The notes under the pieces are model-generated. The model was not told the DNA's origin. It searched no databases and worked only from the letters and a program-made list of their open reading frames with translations. From a virus, in IMG/VR virus record IMGVR_UViG_3300007735_000974, positions 3,884 through 67,883 of that record: a stretch of 64,000 nt of DNA. One strand, given 5' to 3'. Each line of letters opens with the position of its first letter. Position 1 is the stretch's first letter. Of this stretch, positions 29,165 through 37,473 are shown one piece after another. The position numbers and the translations under genes were made by a program.

Positions 29165-29191
29165 AAGACCTCCTTCTGGGGGTCTTTTTTT
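29165..29191 (+). terminator. Intrinsic terminator after psbA
   Basis: AAGACCTCC-loop-GGGGGTCTT followed by a T tract. Confidence 0.8.
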
Positions 29192-29236
29192 ATGGGCACT
29201 TGACTAAATAGTTAAACTTATGGTATAATAAGTTTA

Positions 29237-29695
29237 ATGTTTAATAAGCAAACAATGAAAACCTGTAATGTATGTGGCGAAACAAAACCTATTTTGGAAT
29301 ATTATCCAACTAAATTCAAGAGTAAAGAATTTCCCGATAAAGTATATTATCATGGTAAATGTAAGTCCTGTTTTATTAAGGCAAAGCAAAAAGATTACAC
29401 TCCTGAAAAAGGTAGGGATAAAAATTTAAGACATTTATATGGAATAACACTTCAAGAATATAATGCCCTATTAGAAAAACAAAATAATCGTTGTGCTATT
29501 TGTGAGAGCACCGATCCAAAAGGTAGAAAGTCTGGTAGAGGTGGGGCAGTAGAAGTTTTTTATGTTGATCATGATCATAATACAGGAAAAGTAAGAGGAT
29601 TGCTTTGTAATATTTGTAATAGAACTATGGGATATATTGGTGAAAATTCTGGTGTATTAGAAGAAATGATTAAATACCTACAAAAGCATCAATAA
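29237..29695 (+). CDS. Free-standing endonuclease VII-family homing endonuclease (F-CphI-like position)
   Basis: CNVC...CKSC Zn finger, YGIT..EY..L...Q..RCAIC, VDHDHNTGKVRGLLC..CN; directly downstream of psbA. Confidence 0.85.
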   Translation: MFNKQTMKTCNVCGETKPILEYYPTKFKSKEFPDKVYYHGKCKSCFIKAKQKDYTPEKGRDKNLRHLYGITLQEYNALLEKQNNRCAICESTDPKGRKSGRGGAVEVFYVDHDHNTGKVRGLLCNICNRTMGYIGENSGVLEEMIKYLQKHQ

Positions 29696-29699
29696 AAAA

Positions 29700-29780
29700 A
29701 TGCTCCTCATCCTCCTTCTCTTTCAACTCTTCGGAATATTCATGTTCATAATGTCTATCACAGACCACTATCACTATTAA
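29700..29780 (+). CDS. Small hydrophobic peptide, copy 1 (MLLILLLFQLFGIFMFIMSITDHYHY)
   Basis: Near-duplicate of 30553-30627 with conservative or silent differences. Confidence 0.5.
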   Translation: MLLILLLFQLFGIFMFIMSITDHYHY

Positions 29781-30151
29781 TAAGAAAAAATACTCTCAAT
29801 AAAATCCCAGGAATACTCTAATTTTTTATCTTGAACTATTCTCCAACAGTGTTTTTTGTTGCTAATATTTTTCATAAGAACTAAAATATCCTCACACCAT
29901 TCAATAGATAGTAATTCAAGACAATGTGTGATTATTTGTTTTTTATTTCTTTTTAATTTCATTAATAATAATTCTTTGTCTCCATTATAGTTGGATATAA
30001 TGCCAGAAATTTCCGAAAGTCTAAATCCAATATAATATTTTAATTCTGAAGTTTTACTATTAGTTTCCAAGTAGTCTTGAAAATTAAGTATAAATTGCTC
30101 TATACTATTCGAATATAACTTTAATAGTTTTGATTTTTCAGGGATTTTCAT
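29777..30151 (-). CDS. Hypothetical protein (very AT-rich)
   Basis: 124-aa ORF overlapping the upstream minus-strand gene. Confidence 0.55.
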   Translation of the reverse strand: MKIPEKSKLLKLYSNSIEQFILNFQDYLETNSKTSELKYYIGFRLSEISGIISNYNGDKELLLMKLKRNKKQIITHCLELLSIEWCEDILVLMKNISNKKHCWRIVQDKKLEYSWDFIESIFSY

Positions 30152-30533
30152 TTTTTTGATACATCTTATTTAAGAGTCTTTTATTATCTTTATTTGTTTT
30201 ATTAATTTCTGACTGTTGTTTTAAATCCTTTAATTTTGATTTTTTAGTATGTCCTTTTATTAATGTGCTGATTACATTTACATTTTGTGCATTTTTTCCT
30301 TCATCATCTCCTTTATGAACTGCTGCATATGTATTTTTTCTAATTGTATCAATTGCTCTTTTTGAATTATTTGTATCCCCAGATTTAGTCATAAAATTTT
30401 TAACAACTTTCATCTTATGTGCATCTTGATTCGAACCACTTTTCATTTTTCTATCAATTTGCCTACTTACACTATCTTCTGGAAATGGTTTAAATTTCTC
30501 AAGTAATGATATAAATTCTTTATAAGTTCTCAT
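30138..30533 (-). CDS. Basic hypothetical protein with capsid-targeting-like N-terminus (MRTYKEFISLLE)
   Basis: Late promoter TATAAATA on the minus strand at 30542-30549 just upstream of the ATG. Confidence 0.6.
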   Translation of the reverse strand: MRTYKEFISLLEKFKPFPEDSVSRQIDRKMKSGSNQDAHKMKVVKNFMTKSGDTNNSKRAIDTIRKNTYAAVHKGDDEGKNAQNVNVISTLIKGHTKKSKLKDLKQQSEINKTNKDNKRLLNKMYQKNENP

Positions 30534-30552
30534 AAGAATTTTATTTATATTT

Positions 30553-30627
30553 ATGTTTCTCATCCTCCTCCTCTTCCAACTCTTCGGAGTTTTCCTTTTC
30601 ATAATGTCCATCACACAATATCTTTAA
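30553..30627 (+). CDS. Small hydrophobic peptide, copy 2 (MFLILLLFQLFGVFLFIMSITQYL)
   Basis: Near-duplicate of 29700-29780. Confidence 0.5.
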   Translation: MFLILLLFQLFGVFLFIMSITQYL

Positions 30628-30635
30628 TACATAGA

Positions 30636-30815
30636 ATGGTTTCTACTAAAACTATGAAAAACATATCACTTTCAGAAGAGCAGATTAAACTTCTTGCTGA
30701 TGCAGTATGGATGAGACAAAGACGTTTCATCGCAGGGGACAAAAGATTCAAAGAATATGGTGAAATGTTAGATACCCTTTTGGAGGGAATGGAATATACT
30801 CCTACTCGATTTTGA
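30636..30815 (+). CDS. Hypothetical protein (LLADAVWMRQRRFIAGDKRF)
   Basis: 59-aa ORF abutting the next gene; below the track cutoff; alternative start 30654. Confidence 0.6.
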   Translation: MVSTKTMKNISLSEEQIKLLADAVWMRQRRFIAGDKRFKEYGEMLDTLLEGMEYTPTRF

Positions 30816-30817
30816 TT

Positions 30818-31525
30818 ATGACTTACGATACGGTTTTTATATCTGATGTGCATTTGGGAACCAATCGGTGTGATGCTGAAAGGTTCTTAAAGTTTCTCAA
30901 AGAACTTAAAACAAAAAAATTAGTATTGGTCGGAGACATTATTGATATTGCTTGTATGGAAAAATATGGCACAAAATGGAAATCAATACATACAGAATGT
31001 CTCCACCAAATCTTAAACTTAGCAAAGAAAGGTACAGAAGTCGTTTATATTCTTGGTAATCACGAAGGGCAGATTCGTCGTTATGCAAATTTTGAACACA
31101 AGAACTTTCAGATGGTAGATGAGTATACTCATAAAGATTCAAACGGAAATAAGTTTTTTTGTATTCACGGAGATAAGTATTCGGAGTATTCTTCTGGATC
31201 TTGGAAGCAATTGGTGTTCAATAAGGGATATGAGTTAATTACTCCTTTGAGCATGTTTCTGGAAAGATTCTTCAGATTCTCTTTGGTTTATTACTTAAAG
31301 AATACAATTCGTGGAAAGAATTATATTAATCAATATGAAACTGATATTGCATCCTATTGCGTTCAGAAAGATAAAAAATATGATGGGGTAATATGTGGAC
31401 ATATTCATCATGGAAATATTCGTAACTTTGGAAAAATTACTTATATGTGCTGTGGTGATTGGTGTGACACATGTTCTGCAATTGTAGAGAAAAATGGAAT
31501 GTATGCTCTTGAAAAATATAAATGA
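30818..31525 (+). CDS. LpxH-like metallophosphoesterase (UDP-2,3-diacylglucosamine diphosphatase family)
   Basis: FISDVHLG, LVGDIID, GNHE, IHGD, ICGHIH, GDW. Confidence 0.85.
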   Translation: MTYDTVFISDVHLGTNRCDAERFLKFLKELKTKKLVLVGDIIDIACMEKYGTKWKSIHTECLHQILNLAKKGTEVVYILGNHEGQIRRYANFEHKNFQMVDEYTHKDSNGNKFFCIHGDKYSEYSSGSWKQLVFNKGYELITPLSMFLERFFRFSLVYYLKNTIRGKNYINQYETDIASYCVQKDKKYDGVICGHIHHGNIRNFGKITYMCCGDWCDTCSAIVEKNGMYALEKYK

Positions 31526-31650
31526 TTAGTTCAGAAACACCAGATAAACTTGCAGAGATTATCATGGATACTTGGCCTAATCTTTACAGACCAATGAAAA
31601 GAGAGTATAATACTCAAAGAACTCAAAAGCAAAATGATCGAAAGGATTAA
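31522..31650 (+). CDS. Small hypothetical protein (MISSETPDKLAEIIMDTWPNLYRP)
   Basis: ATGA overlap with the upstream stop. Confidence 0.5.
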   Translation: MISSETPDKLAEIIMDTWPNLYRPMKREYNTQRTQKQNDRKD

Positions 31651-31888
31651 TGAACTCATCGCAGAACTTGGATGGGAACCAACGGATGAGATTGTAGTTC
31701 AGATTGGTGGTGTAGCAGCAACTGGAACAGCAACTCATCCTGATGCAAATCCAAAATGGGCAAAACCTTTTGGCACAGTCTCATATCAAAATGATGCTTT
31801 CATTGTCATTAAAAATGCAAATAGGAATCCAGTTGTTCCTTCTCAACTAAACCCAGAATTGAAACAACATCATGAACAAGTACAATAG
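31634..31888 (+). CDS. Hypothetical protein
   Basis: ORF track; operon-like overlap. Confidence 0.6.
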   Translation: MIERINELIAELGWEPTDEIVVQIGGVAATGTATHPDANPKWAKPFGTVSYQNDAFIVIKNANRNPVVPSQLNPELKQHHEQVQ

Positions 31889-32159
31889 TGAAGATTATTT
31901 TTCGGTCATTGAAACTAAGACTGGAAGAAAGATTGTAGATTGTGCAGAAGAATTAGATGCATTGATGATGGTAGCATTTGATCCTGCTAACAGAACTTAT
32001 ACAAGAAATAAGTTTCTGATGGGTCCTGTGGTGGATATTCATATGCCTAAAGCACTTCCGACAAATGAAATTGTTGTAAGTAAAAGTGATCCTATAAAAG
32101 TAGAAAAATTACCTCAAGTTAAGTTGCCAGAAGGAAAACAAGAACCTTTTGTAGTATGA
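31872..32159 (+). CDS. Hypothetical protein
   Basis: ORF track; operon-like overlap. Confidence 0.65.
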   Translation: MNKYNSEDYFSVIETKTGRKIVDCAEELDALMMVAFDPANRTYTRNKFLMGPVVDIHMPKALPTNEIVVSKSDPIKVEKLPQVKLPEGKQEPFVV

Positions 32160-32192
32160 ATCTTTAATACATAATTATAGTTGCAACTACTT

Positions 32193-32564
32193 ATGGTTCC
32201 TCTACATTCTTTCAAGGACTATCTGTTTAATTTAGAAACAACAAGTAAAGCAGAAGCAAAACGAATGTGGAGGCAAAGCATAAAAGAACAATGGGAGTAT
32301 AAATGTGCCTATTGTGGCTCGGAAGAAAACATAACACTGGACCATATTATTCCACAATGTAAAGGTGGACTTGATATTAAAACAAATGTAGTGGCATGTT
32401 GTCATTCTTGCAATCAATCAAAAGGACATACCTATTGGGAAGATTGGTTTTCTATGCAAGAATTTTTTGTAGAAGAAAAACTTTATAAATTATATGAGTG
32501 GATGAAACCCGAAAAACCACAAAATCTTTATATTTACAGACCCAGAAGAAACGACGCAAGTTAG
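32193..32564 (+). CDS. HNH endonuclease
   Basis: CAYCG...TLDHIIP..KGG....NVVACCHSCNQSKG. Confidence 0.9.
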   Translation: MVPLHSFKDYLFNLETTSKAEAKRMWRQSIKEQWEYKCAYCGSEENITLDHIIPQCKGGLDIKTNVVACCHSCNQSKGHTYWEDWFSMQEFFVEEKLYKLYEWMKPEKPQNLYIYRPRRNDAS

Positions 32565-32568
32565 TATT

Positions 32569-32808
32569 ATGAAATTTACAGTTTATTCAAAAGATGGTTG
32601 CCCCTATTGCAGCAAGATTGAGCAGGTGCTACAATTAGCAAACCTTGAGCATGTTGTCTACAAACTTGGAGACCATTTTGACCGTGAAGCATTTTATGCA
32701 GAATTTGGCCAAGGTTCTACCTTTCCTCAAGTAATCTTGAATGATCAAGAACATCTTGGGGGTTGTTCGGACACAGTTCAGTATCTTCAGGAGCAAAAAT
32801 TAGTTTAA
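32569..32808 (+). CDS. nrdC: Glutaredoxin (T4 NrdC-like)
   Basis: CPYC, STFPQV, LGG. Confidence 0.9.
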   Translation: MKFTVYSKDGCPYCSKIEQVLQLANLEHVVYKLGDHFDREAFYAEFGQGSTFPQVILNDQEHLGGCSDTVQYLQEQKLV

Positions 32809-33167
32809 TGGAAAGCACTTTTCACGAAGTATACTTTGATGTTGAAAAAGCAATTGACTTTGCTTTTGACGGAAAATTTATTTTAAAATTTTATGAATAT
32901 CTTAAAATAAAGGGAATCCGAAAAGCAGAAGTTGAAGAGTTCATTGAAAGTAAAACTGCAAGTGAACTTAGCAATTTAGTTATGGACTTGGATGAATATC
33001 TTGAGGGTGGCGATGATAATAATCATAAACAACTTCGTGAAGGATATGGTCATATTCCAAAACCACAAGCAAGAAAAATAAGAAATTACCTTTATGGTAT
33101 TCTTGAAGATGCCTGGAGATACAACAATGACAAGAGACCAGGAAGAAAGAAAAAACAAACTAAATAA
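32808..33167 (+). CDS. Hypothetical protein
   Basis: TAATG coupling; LREGYGHIPKPQARKI. Confidence 0.7.
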   Translation: MESTFHEVYFDVEKAIDFAFDGKFILKFYEYLKIKGIRKAEVEEFIESKTASELSNLVMDLDEYLEGGDDNNHKQLREGYGHIPKPQARKIRNYLYGILEDAWRYNNDKRPGRKKKQTK

Positions 33168-33333
33168 TTCAGAACCCGAAATCAATCGGGGGGTTGAGTT
33201 ATTACTTAGAAATAGGAGGAGAGAATCATTAAAGCCAAAGACTTTTCAAATGAAGTTTGGTAAAATGATTTCTCTCCTCCAGAGAGAGTTTCATTTCTTT
33301 ATAGAATTTCACTTTGATATTAGGAAAAAATAA
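33094..33333 (+). CDS. Hypothetical protein (start uncertain)
   Basis: INRGVELLLRNRR; fills the gap between neighbouring genes. Confidence 0.45.
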   Translation: MVFLKMPGDTTMTRDQEERKNKLNNSEPEINRGVELLLRNRRRESLKPKTFQMKFGKMISLLQREFHFFIEFHFDIRKK

Positions 33334-33350
33334 CTCTCTGGAGAAAACAA

Positions 33351-33596
33351 ATGGAACTATCAGTTATTTTGACATTTACAACTTTATTTTGTATAATGTT
33401 CTTATTAATCGGACTTATTGTAGGATGGATTTTTAAACAATATCAAGTTGAAAGGATATATGGTATTCGTAATATTCATCCAGAATTTTTTGATAATAAT
33501 GGAAATTTAATTCCAGATGAGGTATTATCTGTTCGTTTTGAAAAAGGGTTTTTTGATGAAGATGATTATGATGAAGATGATTATGATGATGATTGA
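33351..33596 (+). CDS. Hypothetical membrane protein with acidic tail
   Basis: GGAG RBS, TM helix, HPEFFDNNGN, Asp-rich tail. Confidence 0.7.
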   Translation: MELSVILTFTTLFCIMFLLIGLIVGWIFKQYQVERIYGIRNIHPEFFDNNGNLIPDEVLSVRFEKGFFDEDDYDEDDYDDD

Positions 33597-33646
33597 TAAA
33601 TAAACAAAATTCTATTATAATAAACTAATTATTTTTGAAAAAAATT

Positions 33647-34213
33647 ATGACAATTACTAAAACAAAAACTTCAACTACAATTGAGAGTTTACCTGCAAAC
33701 CCATTTATTTTTGAAATTTTAAATTTAGCATCTAAGCAGAGATCAAATGCAAAAAAAGTAGAAGTTCTCCAAACGTATAATGAGCCTGCTTTAAAGTCTA
33801 TCCTAATTTGGAATTTTGATGAATCTGTTATTTCTCTTCTTCCAGAAGGACAAGTACCATATGCTAGTGCAGGGGAGCAAACATCTTATAGTGGAACATT
33901 AAGTGCAAAAATTGAAGATGCAGTATCTAAAATGCAAGAATTGAATTCTAATTCTCTTGGATCTATGGATCAAGGCAAATCTTCAATTAGAAAAGAATAT
34001 CATATGTTCTATAATTTTGTAAAAGGTGGTAATGATGGATTAAGTTCTCTTCGCAGAGAAACTATGTTTATTAATATTCTTCAAGGATTACATCCTCTTG
34101 AGGCAGAAATTCTTTGCCTTGTCAAGGATAAAAAACTTCAAACTAAGTATAAGATCAGTTTTGAAAATGTGAAAGAAGCATATTCGGACATTGTTTGGGG
34201 TGGGCGTTCATGA
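33647..34213 (+). CDS. Conserved T4-like phage hypothetical protein
   Basis: IWNFDES..SLLPEG.VPY, NFVKGG, RRETMFI..L.GLHP.EA. Confidence 0.75.
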   Translation: MTITKTKTSTTIESLPANPFIFEILNLASKQRSNAKKVEVLQTYNEPALKSILIWNFDESVISLLPEGQVPYASAGEQTSYSGTLSAKIEDAVSKMQELNSNSLGSMDQGKSSIRKEYHMFYNFVKGGNDGLSSLRRETMFINILQGLHPLEAEILCLVKDKKLQTKYKISFENVKEAYSDIVWGGRS

Positions 34214-34545
34214 GTTCTGCAGTAGTGGAGAAAGAAAAAATGGCAGAAAATAAAAAAGTACAAAACCAAGTTCTGCCTCATGAATATGGATGTGAAATTC
34301 TTTTAGAAAAAACAAAACTTGAACAAGCAAAAGATTCTTCTTTTCCAAATGATGCTTATTTAATTTGGTATAGTGTTGACGGACAAAATTATATTGATTT
34401 GGTAAGAGGAACTAGAGTTCGTATTTTTGATATGTATTATGATAAGTATGGTTCTGGTTCTGTACAAAAAATTGATTTTGGATATGGCAGAATAAGTCCC
34501 AAACTATGGGGATACAAACAACCAGAAAAAAAGAAAAGAAAATGA
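34210..34545 (+). CDS. Hypothetical protein
   Basis: IFDMYYDKYG...GYGRISPKLWG. Confidence 0.7.
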   Translation: MSSAVVEKEKMAENKKVQNQVLPHEYGCEILLEKTKLEQAKDSSFPNDAYLIWYSVDGQNYIDLVRGTRVRIFDMYYDKYGSGSVQKIDFGYGRISPKLWGYKQPEKKKRK

Positions 34546-34748
34546 GTGCAGGATTTGGTGCCGAAAAAATTAAAAGTGGTGAAGCAAAAGTTATCATCAA
34601 TGATAATGAAGTAAATAAACTACTAAAAAAATATAAGAAAATTAAAAAATATATGAAGTCTCCTTTGTATGCTGTCAAAACAATTGATGGTACAGAAGAA
34701 ATTGTGAGTTCATTACTTAAAGAAGCAGAGGAGAACCCTATAGACTAA
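34542..34748 (+). CDS. Hypothetical protein
   Basis: ATGA-coupled ORF. Confidence 0.6.
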   Translation: MSAGFGAEKIKSGEAKVIINDNEVNKLLKKYKKIKKYMKSPLYAVKTIDGTEEIVSSLLKEAEENPID

Positions 34749-35074
34749 TGGGTAAGCATTATCTACTTAACTTGTATGGGTGCTCGTTTGTCCTTTTGGA
34801 CGACGAGCGTTGTCTTATAGATTTATTAGAAAACGCAGCAATTGCAAGTGGCGCTACTGTGATTCAAACTATTTCAAAGAAGTTTGAACCACAAGGAGTT
34901 ACTGTTATTTGTCTGCTTTCGGAAAGTCATATCAGTATTCATACATGGCCTGAGGAAGGTAAAGCATCAGTGGATGTCTATACATGTGGAGATTGCAATC
35001 CAAAGATTGGATGTGATATAATCATTCAGCAACTCTATGCAACTGATCATACATTGAGTTACATAGAACGGTAA
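34748..35074 (+). CDS. speD: S-adenosylmethionine decarboxylase proenzyme
   Basis: GKHY, F.PQGVT, LLSESHISIHTWPE (pyruvoyl cleavage site), DVYTCG. Confidence 0.93.
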   Translation: MGKHYLLNLYGCSFVLLDDERCLIDLLENAAIASGATVIQTISKKFEPQGVTVICLLSESHISIHTWPEEGKASVDVYTCGDCNPKIGCDIIIQQLYATDHTLSYIER

Positions 35075-35084
35075 CAAATGTTAC
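35071..35084. promoter_or_regulatory. NtcA-type binding site (GTA-N8-TAC)
   Basis: Palindrome GTAACAAATGTTAC about 22 nt upstream of a glutamine riboswitch. Confidence 0.65.
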
Positions 35085-35106
35085 AAAATTGACTGTCTAA
35101 ATAAAT

Positions 35107-35163
35107 GACGTTCATTCGCTATTCGCAAATAGCGAACGGAAGTAGGGATACCGAAGGAACGCA
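35107..35163 (+). ncRNA. Glutamine riboswitch (glnA RNA motif, class I)
   Basis: P1 CGTTC/GAACG, P2 TTCGCTATT-CGCA-AATAGCGAA, conserved CGGAAGTA E-loop, short P3 GG-GATA-CC, then GAAG. Confidence 0.85.
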
Positions 35164-35193
35164 CCAATACCCAAAAAGTAAAGGAGCACTCCA

Positions 35194-35292
35194 ATGAAAA
35201 TTAAAAACAACTGGCAATTAGTTCTTATTAAGAAACAAAAAGAAAAAGAACAACGTAAACATCAAGCAAAACTTGCAATGGCAATGCGTTGA
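35194..35292 (+). CDS. Small basic peptide under riboswitch control (MKIKNNWQLVLIKKQKEKEQRKHQAKLAMAMR)
   Basis: AAGGAG RBS at 35181-35186; followed by a terminator. Confidence 0.7.
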   Translation: MKIKNNWQLVLIKKQKEKEQRKHQAKLAMAMR

Positions 35293-35297
35293 GTTCT

Positions 35298-35333
35298 GAG
35301 AGGGTTGACACCCTCTCTTTTTTTGTTTATAAT
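35298..35333 (+). promoter_or_regulatory. Terminator hairpin whose loop is the -35 box of a consensus sigma70 promoter
   Basis: GAGAGGG-TTGACA-CCCTCTC plus T tract; TATAAT 35328-35333 (17-nt spacer). Confidence 0.8.
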
Positions 35334-35354
35334 TACTGTGTCTGATTTATATCA

Positions 35355-35519
35355 ATGGATAAAGAAAAACTTAAATTGATTGTTAGAAACCTTGAGTCTT
35401 TAGTGGAGTGCCTTAAGTCAGAAGTTTATTCTGATGTAGATTCATATGAATTAAAATATGAAGAAGTGGCACCTTATATTACTGACTACGACGAAGTATT
35501 TTATGATGGAGATGATTAA
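35355..35519 (+). CDS. Small acidic hypothetical protein (MDKEKLKLIVRNLESLV...)
   Basis: 54-aa ORF between the promoter and thyX. Confidence 0.65.
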   Translation: MDKEKLKLIVRNLESLVECLKSEVYSDVDSYELKYEEVAPYITDYDEVFYDGDD

Positions 35520-35520
35520 T

Positions 35521-36276
35521 ATGAAACCTATTAAAGCAAAAGATCTTTTAGAACTCGATAAAGAAATGAAAGTTGTGATGCTTCGGCAGACACAACTTCC
35601 ACAAACTCTTGTTTATCAGGGTGGAAAAAATGATTACTCCGAAGATCCAATTCATACAAAACTCACTCCAAATGAAACGGAATGTGGTAAATGGGTTATT
35701 GAGCAATTACTTGCGAATGAACGTGGGCACTGGGGTCCGTTGGAACATCCTGCGATTGCTTTGGATTGTGTTGGATTTGTTCATAATGTAATGGTTCAGG
35801 CACGAACTCATCGTGTTGGTGTATCATTTGATGTTCAATCTCAACGTTATACTGGTCGTCGTGTTCTTAAGGTTGCTAAAGGTGAATTGAAACCTCAACA
35901 AGTTTATTATGTGCGTCCTGCTGGTCTCTATCTTGACCGTAAAGGGCACAAATATGAATGGACGCAAGATGACTACGAAAGGCAGTTAAAGTTCTGTCTG
36001 GCGGCATCTGAGAGGTATGCAGAGGGTTATGAAAAACGTGGTATGGCGGAAGAACATTTGAGAGATTATCTTCCACAGAATATTCGTCAAAACTTTGTAG
36101 TTTCATTCTCATTGAGAGCAGCACTTCATTTTCTTGATCTTCGTGCAAAACTTGATGCACAAGTTGAAATTCAGGCACTCTGTGAAGGTATGGTTCCAGT
36201 GATTAAACAATGGGTTCCTGAGATCTTTAGTTATTATGAAGAGAAGCGTCTTCATAAAGCACGTTTGAGTCCTTAA
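35521..36276 (+). CDS. thyX: FAD-dependent thymidylate synthase
   Basis: GHWGPLEH, QARTHR..SFDVQSQRY, R..LP, HFLDLR...AQ.EI. Confidence 0.95.
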   Translation: MKPIKAKDLLELDKEMKVVMLRQTQLPQTLVYQGGKNDYSEDPIHTKLTPNETECGKWVIEQLLANERGHWGPLEHPAIALDCVGFVHNVMVQARTHRVGVSFDVQSQRYTGRRVLKVAKGELKPQQVYYVRPAGLYLDRKGHKYEWTQDDYERQLKFCLAASERYAEGYEKRGMAEEHLRDYLPQNIRQNFVVSFSLRAALHFLDLRAKLDAQVEIQALCEGMVPVIKQWVPEIFSYYEEKRLHKARLSP

Positions 36277-36281
36277 ATCGT

Positions 36282-36440
36282 ATGAAAAACTGGTGTTTAA
36301 AGAACAATCTAACGGGAGATATTTTTAAGGTTTTTCTTACTAAAGAAAAACTTAGTGAATATCTTGAAACAAATTTAAATGTTGAAGAGTGTATTGATTG
36401 TATAGAGTGTGATGATGCTCCGTCTATCTGTATCGAATAA
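36282..36440 (+). CDS. Small Cys-containing hypothetical protein
   Basis: 52-aa ORF MKNWCLKNNLTG...CIDCIECDD. Confidence 0.45.
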   Translation: MKNWCLKNNLTGDIFKVFLTKEKLSEYLETNLNVEECIDCIECDDAPSICIE

Positions 36441-36467
36441 ATATTTTTGTATATTATTTTTTAATAA

Positions 36468-36716
36468 ATGGCAACGTATCCTGTTTGTAATAAAGTTACT
36501 GGTGAACAAAAAGAAGTTGTTCTAAGTGTTCATGATTGGGATCAGTGGAAAAAAGATAACCCTGATTGGGATCGTGATTGGTCTGATCCATCGACTTGTC
36601 CATCATCTGGGGAAGTGGGCGAAGTTTATGATCGATTAAAAAAATCACATCCAGGGTGGAATGATGTTCTTCATCGAGCATCAAAAATGCCTGGATCAAA
36701 AGTAAAACCAATCTGA
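36468..36716 (+). CDS. Conserved T4-like hypothetical protein upstream of phoH
   Basis: MATYPV..K.TGE, GWNDVL, PGS. Confidence 0.75.
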   Translation: MATYPVCNKVTGEQKEVVLSVHDWDQWKKDNPDWDRDWSDPSTCPSSGEVGEVYDRLKKSHPGWNDVLHRASKMPGSKVKPI

Positions 36717-36720
36717 CATC

Positions 36721-37473
36721 ATGACAAGAAAAAATACACCCAAATCACCAGTTCCATTTGGTGTAAGTAATCGGCAGATGAAGAGGAAGAAACCACTCAA
36801 TCTTGATATTATGAGAGAGATAGAACCTCTCACAGAAAATCAAACAAAGATGTATGAATCATATAAAAAAAATCAACATATTGTTGCTTATGGGTGTGCT
36901 GGTACAGGTAAAACTTTCATCACACTTTATAATGCATTGAAAGATGTTTTGGATGAAAAGAGTCCATATGAAAAAATTTATATTGTTCGTTCTTTGGTTG
37001 CAACTCGTGAAATCGGTTTTCTTCCTGGCGATCATGAAGACAAGTCTTCCCTTTATCAAATTCCCTATAAGAATATGGTAAAGTATATGTTTGAGTTACC
37101 AACAGAAGCAGACTTTGAAATGCTTTATGGTAATCTCAAAACTCAAGGGACGATTAGTTTCTGGAGTACTTCATTCATTCGTGGAACAACTCTTGATAAC
37201 TCCATTATTATTGTTGATGAATTCCAAAACTTGAATTTTCATGAACTTGATAGTATAATTACCCGAGTTGGTGAAAATTCGAAGATCATGTTCTGTGGCG
37301 ATGCTACACAATCCGATCTTCAAAAAACTAATGAAAAGAATGGTATTATTGATTTTATGAAAATTCTTCGTGTAATGCCTTCTGTAGATATTATTGAATT
37401 TGGAGTGGCAGATATTGTGCGCTCTGGATTTGTGAAAGAATATATTGTCGCAAAAATGGAATGTAATCTATGA
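36721..37473 (+). CDS. phoH: PhoH-family ATPase
   Basis: GCAGTGKT Walker A, REIGFLPG, FIRGTT, DEFQN, GDATQSD. Confidence 0.95.
   Translation: MTRKNTPKSPVPFGVSNRQMKRKKPLNLDIMREIEPLTENQTKMYESYKKNQHIVAYGCAGTGKTFITLYNALKDVLDEKSPYEKIYIVRSLVATREIGFLPGDHEDKSSLYQIPYKNMVKYMFELPTEADFEMLYGNLKTQGTISFWSTSFIRGTTLDNSIIIVDEFQNLNFHELDSIITRVGENSKIMFCGDATQSDLQKTNEKNGIIDFMKILRVMPSVDIIEFGVADIVRSGFVKEYIVAKMECNL

Noticed and set aside
30611-30853. Minus-strand 80-aa ORF from the track
   Set aside because: The plus-strand ORF 30636-30815 fits the operon direction and spacing better.
33555-33596. GATGAAGATGATTAT tandem repeat
   Set aside because: Simply encodes the Asp-rich tail of the 33351 ORF.
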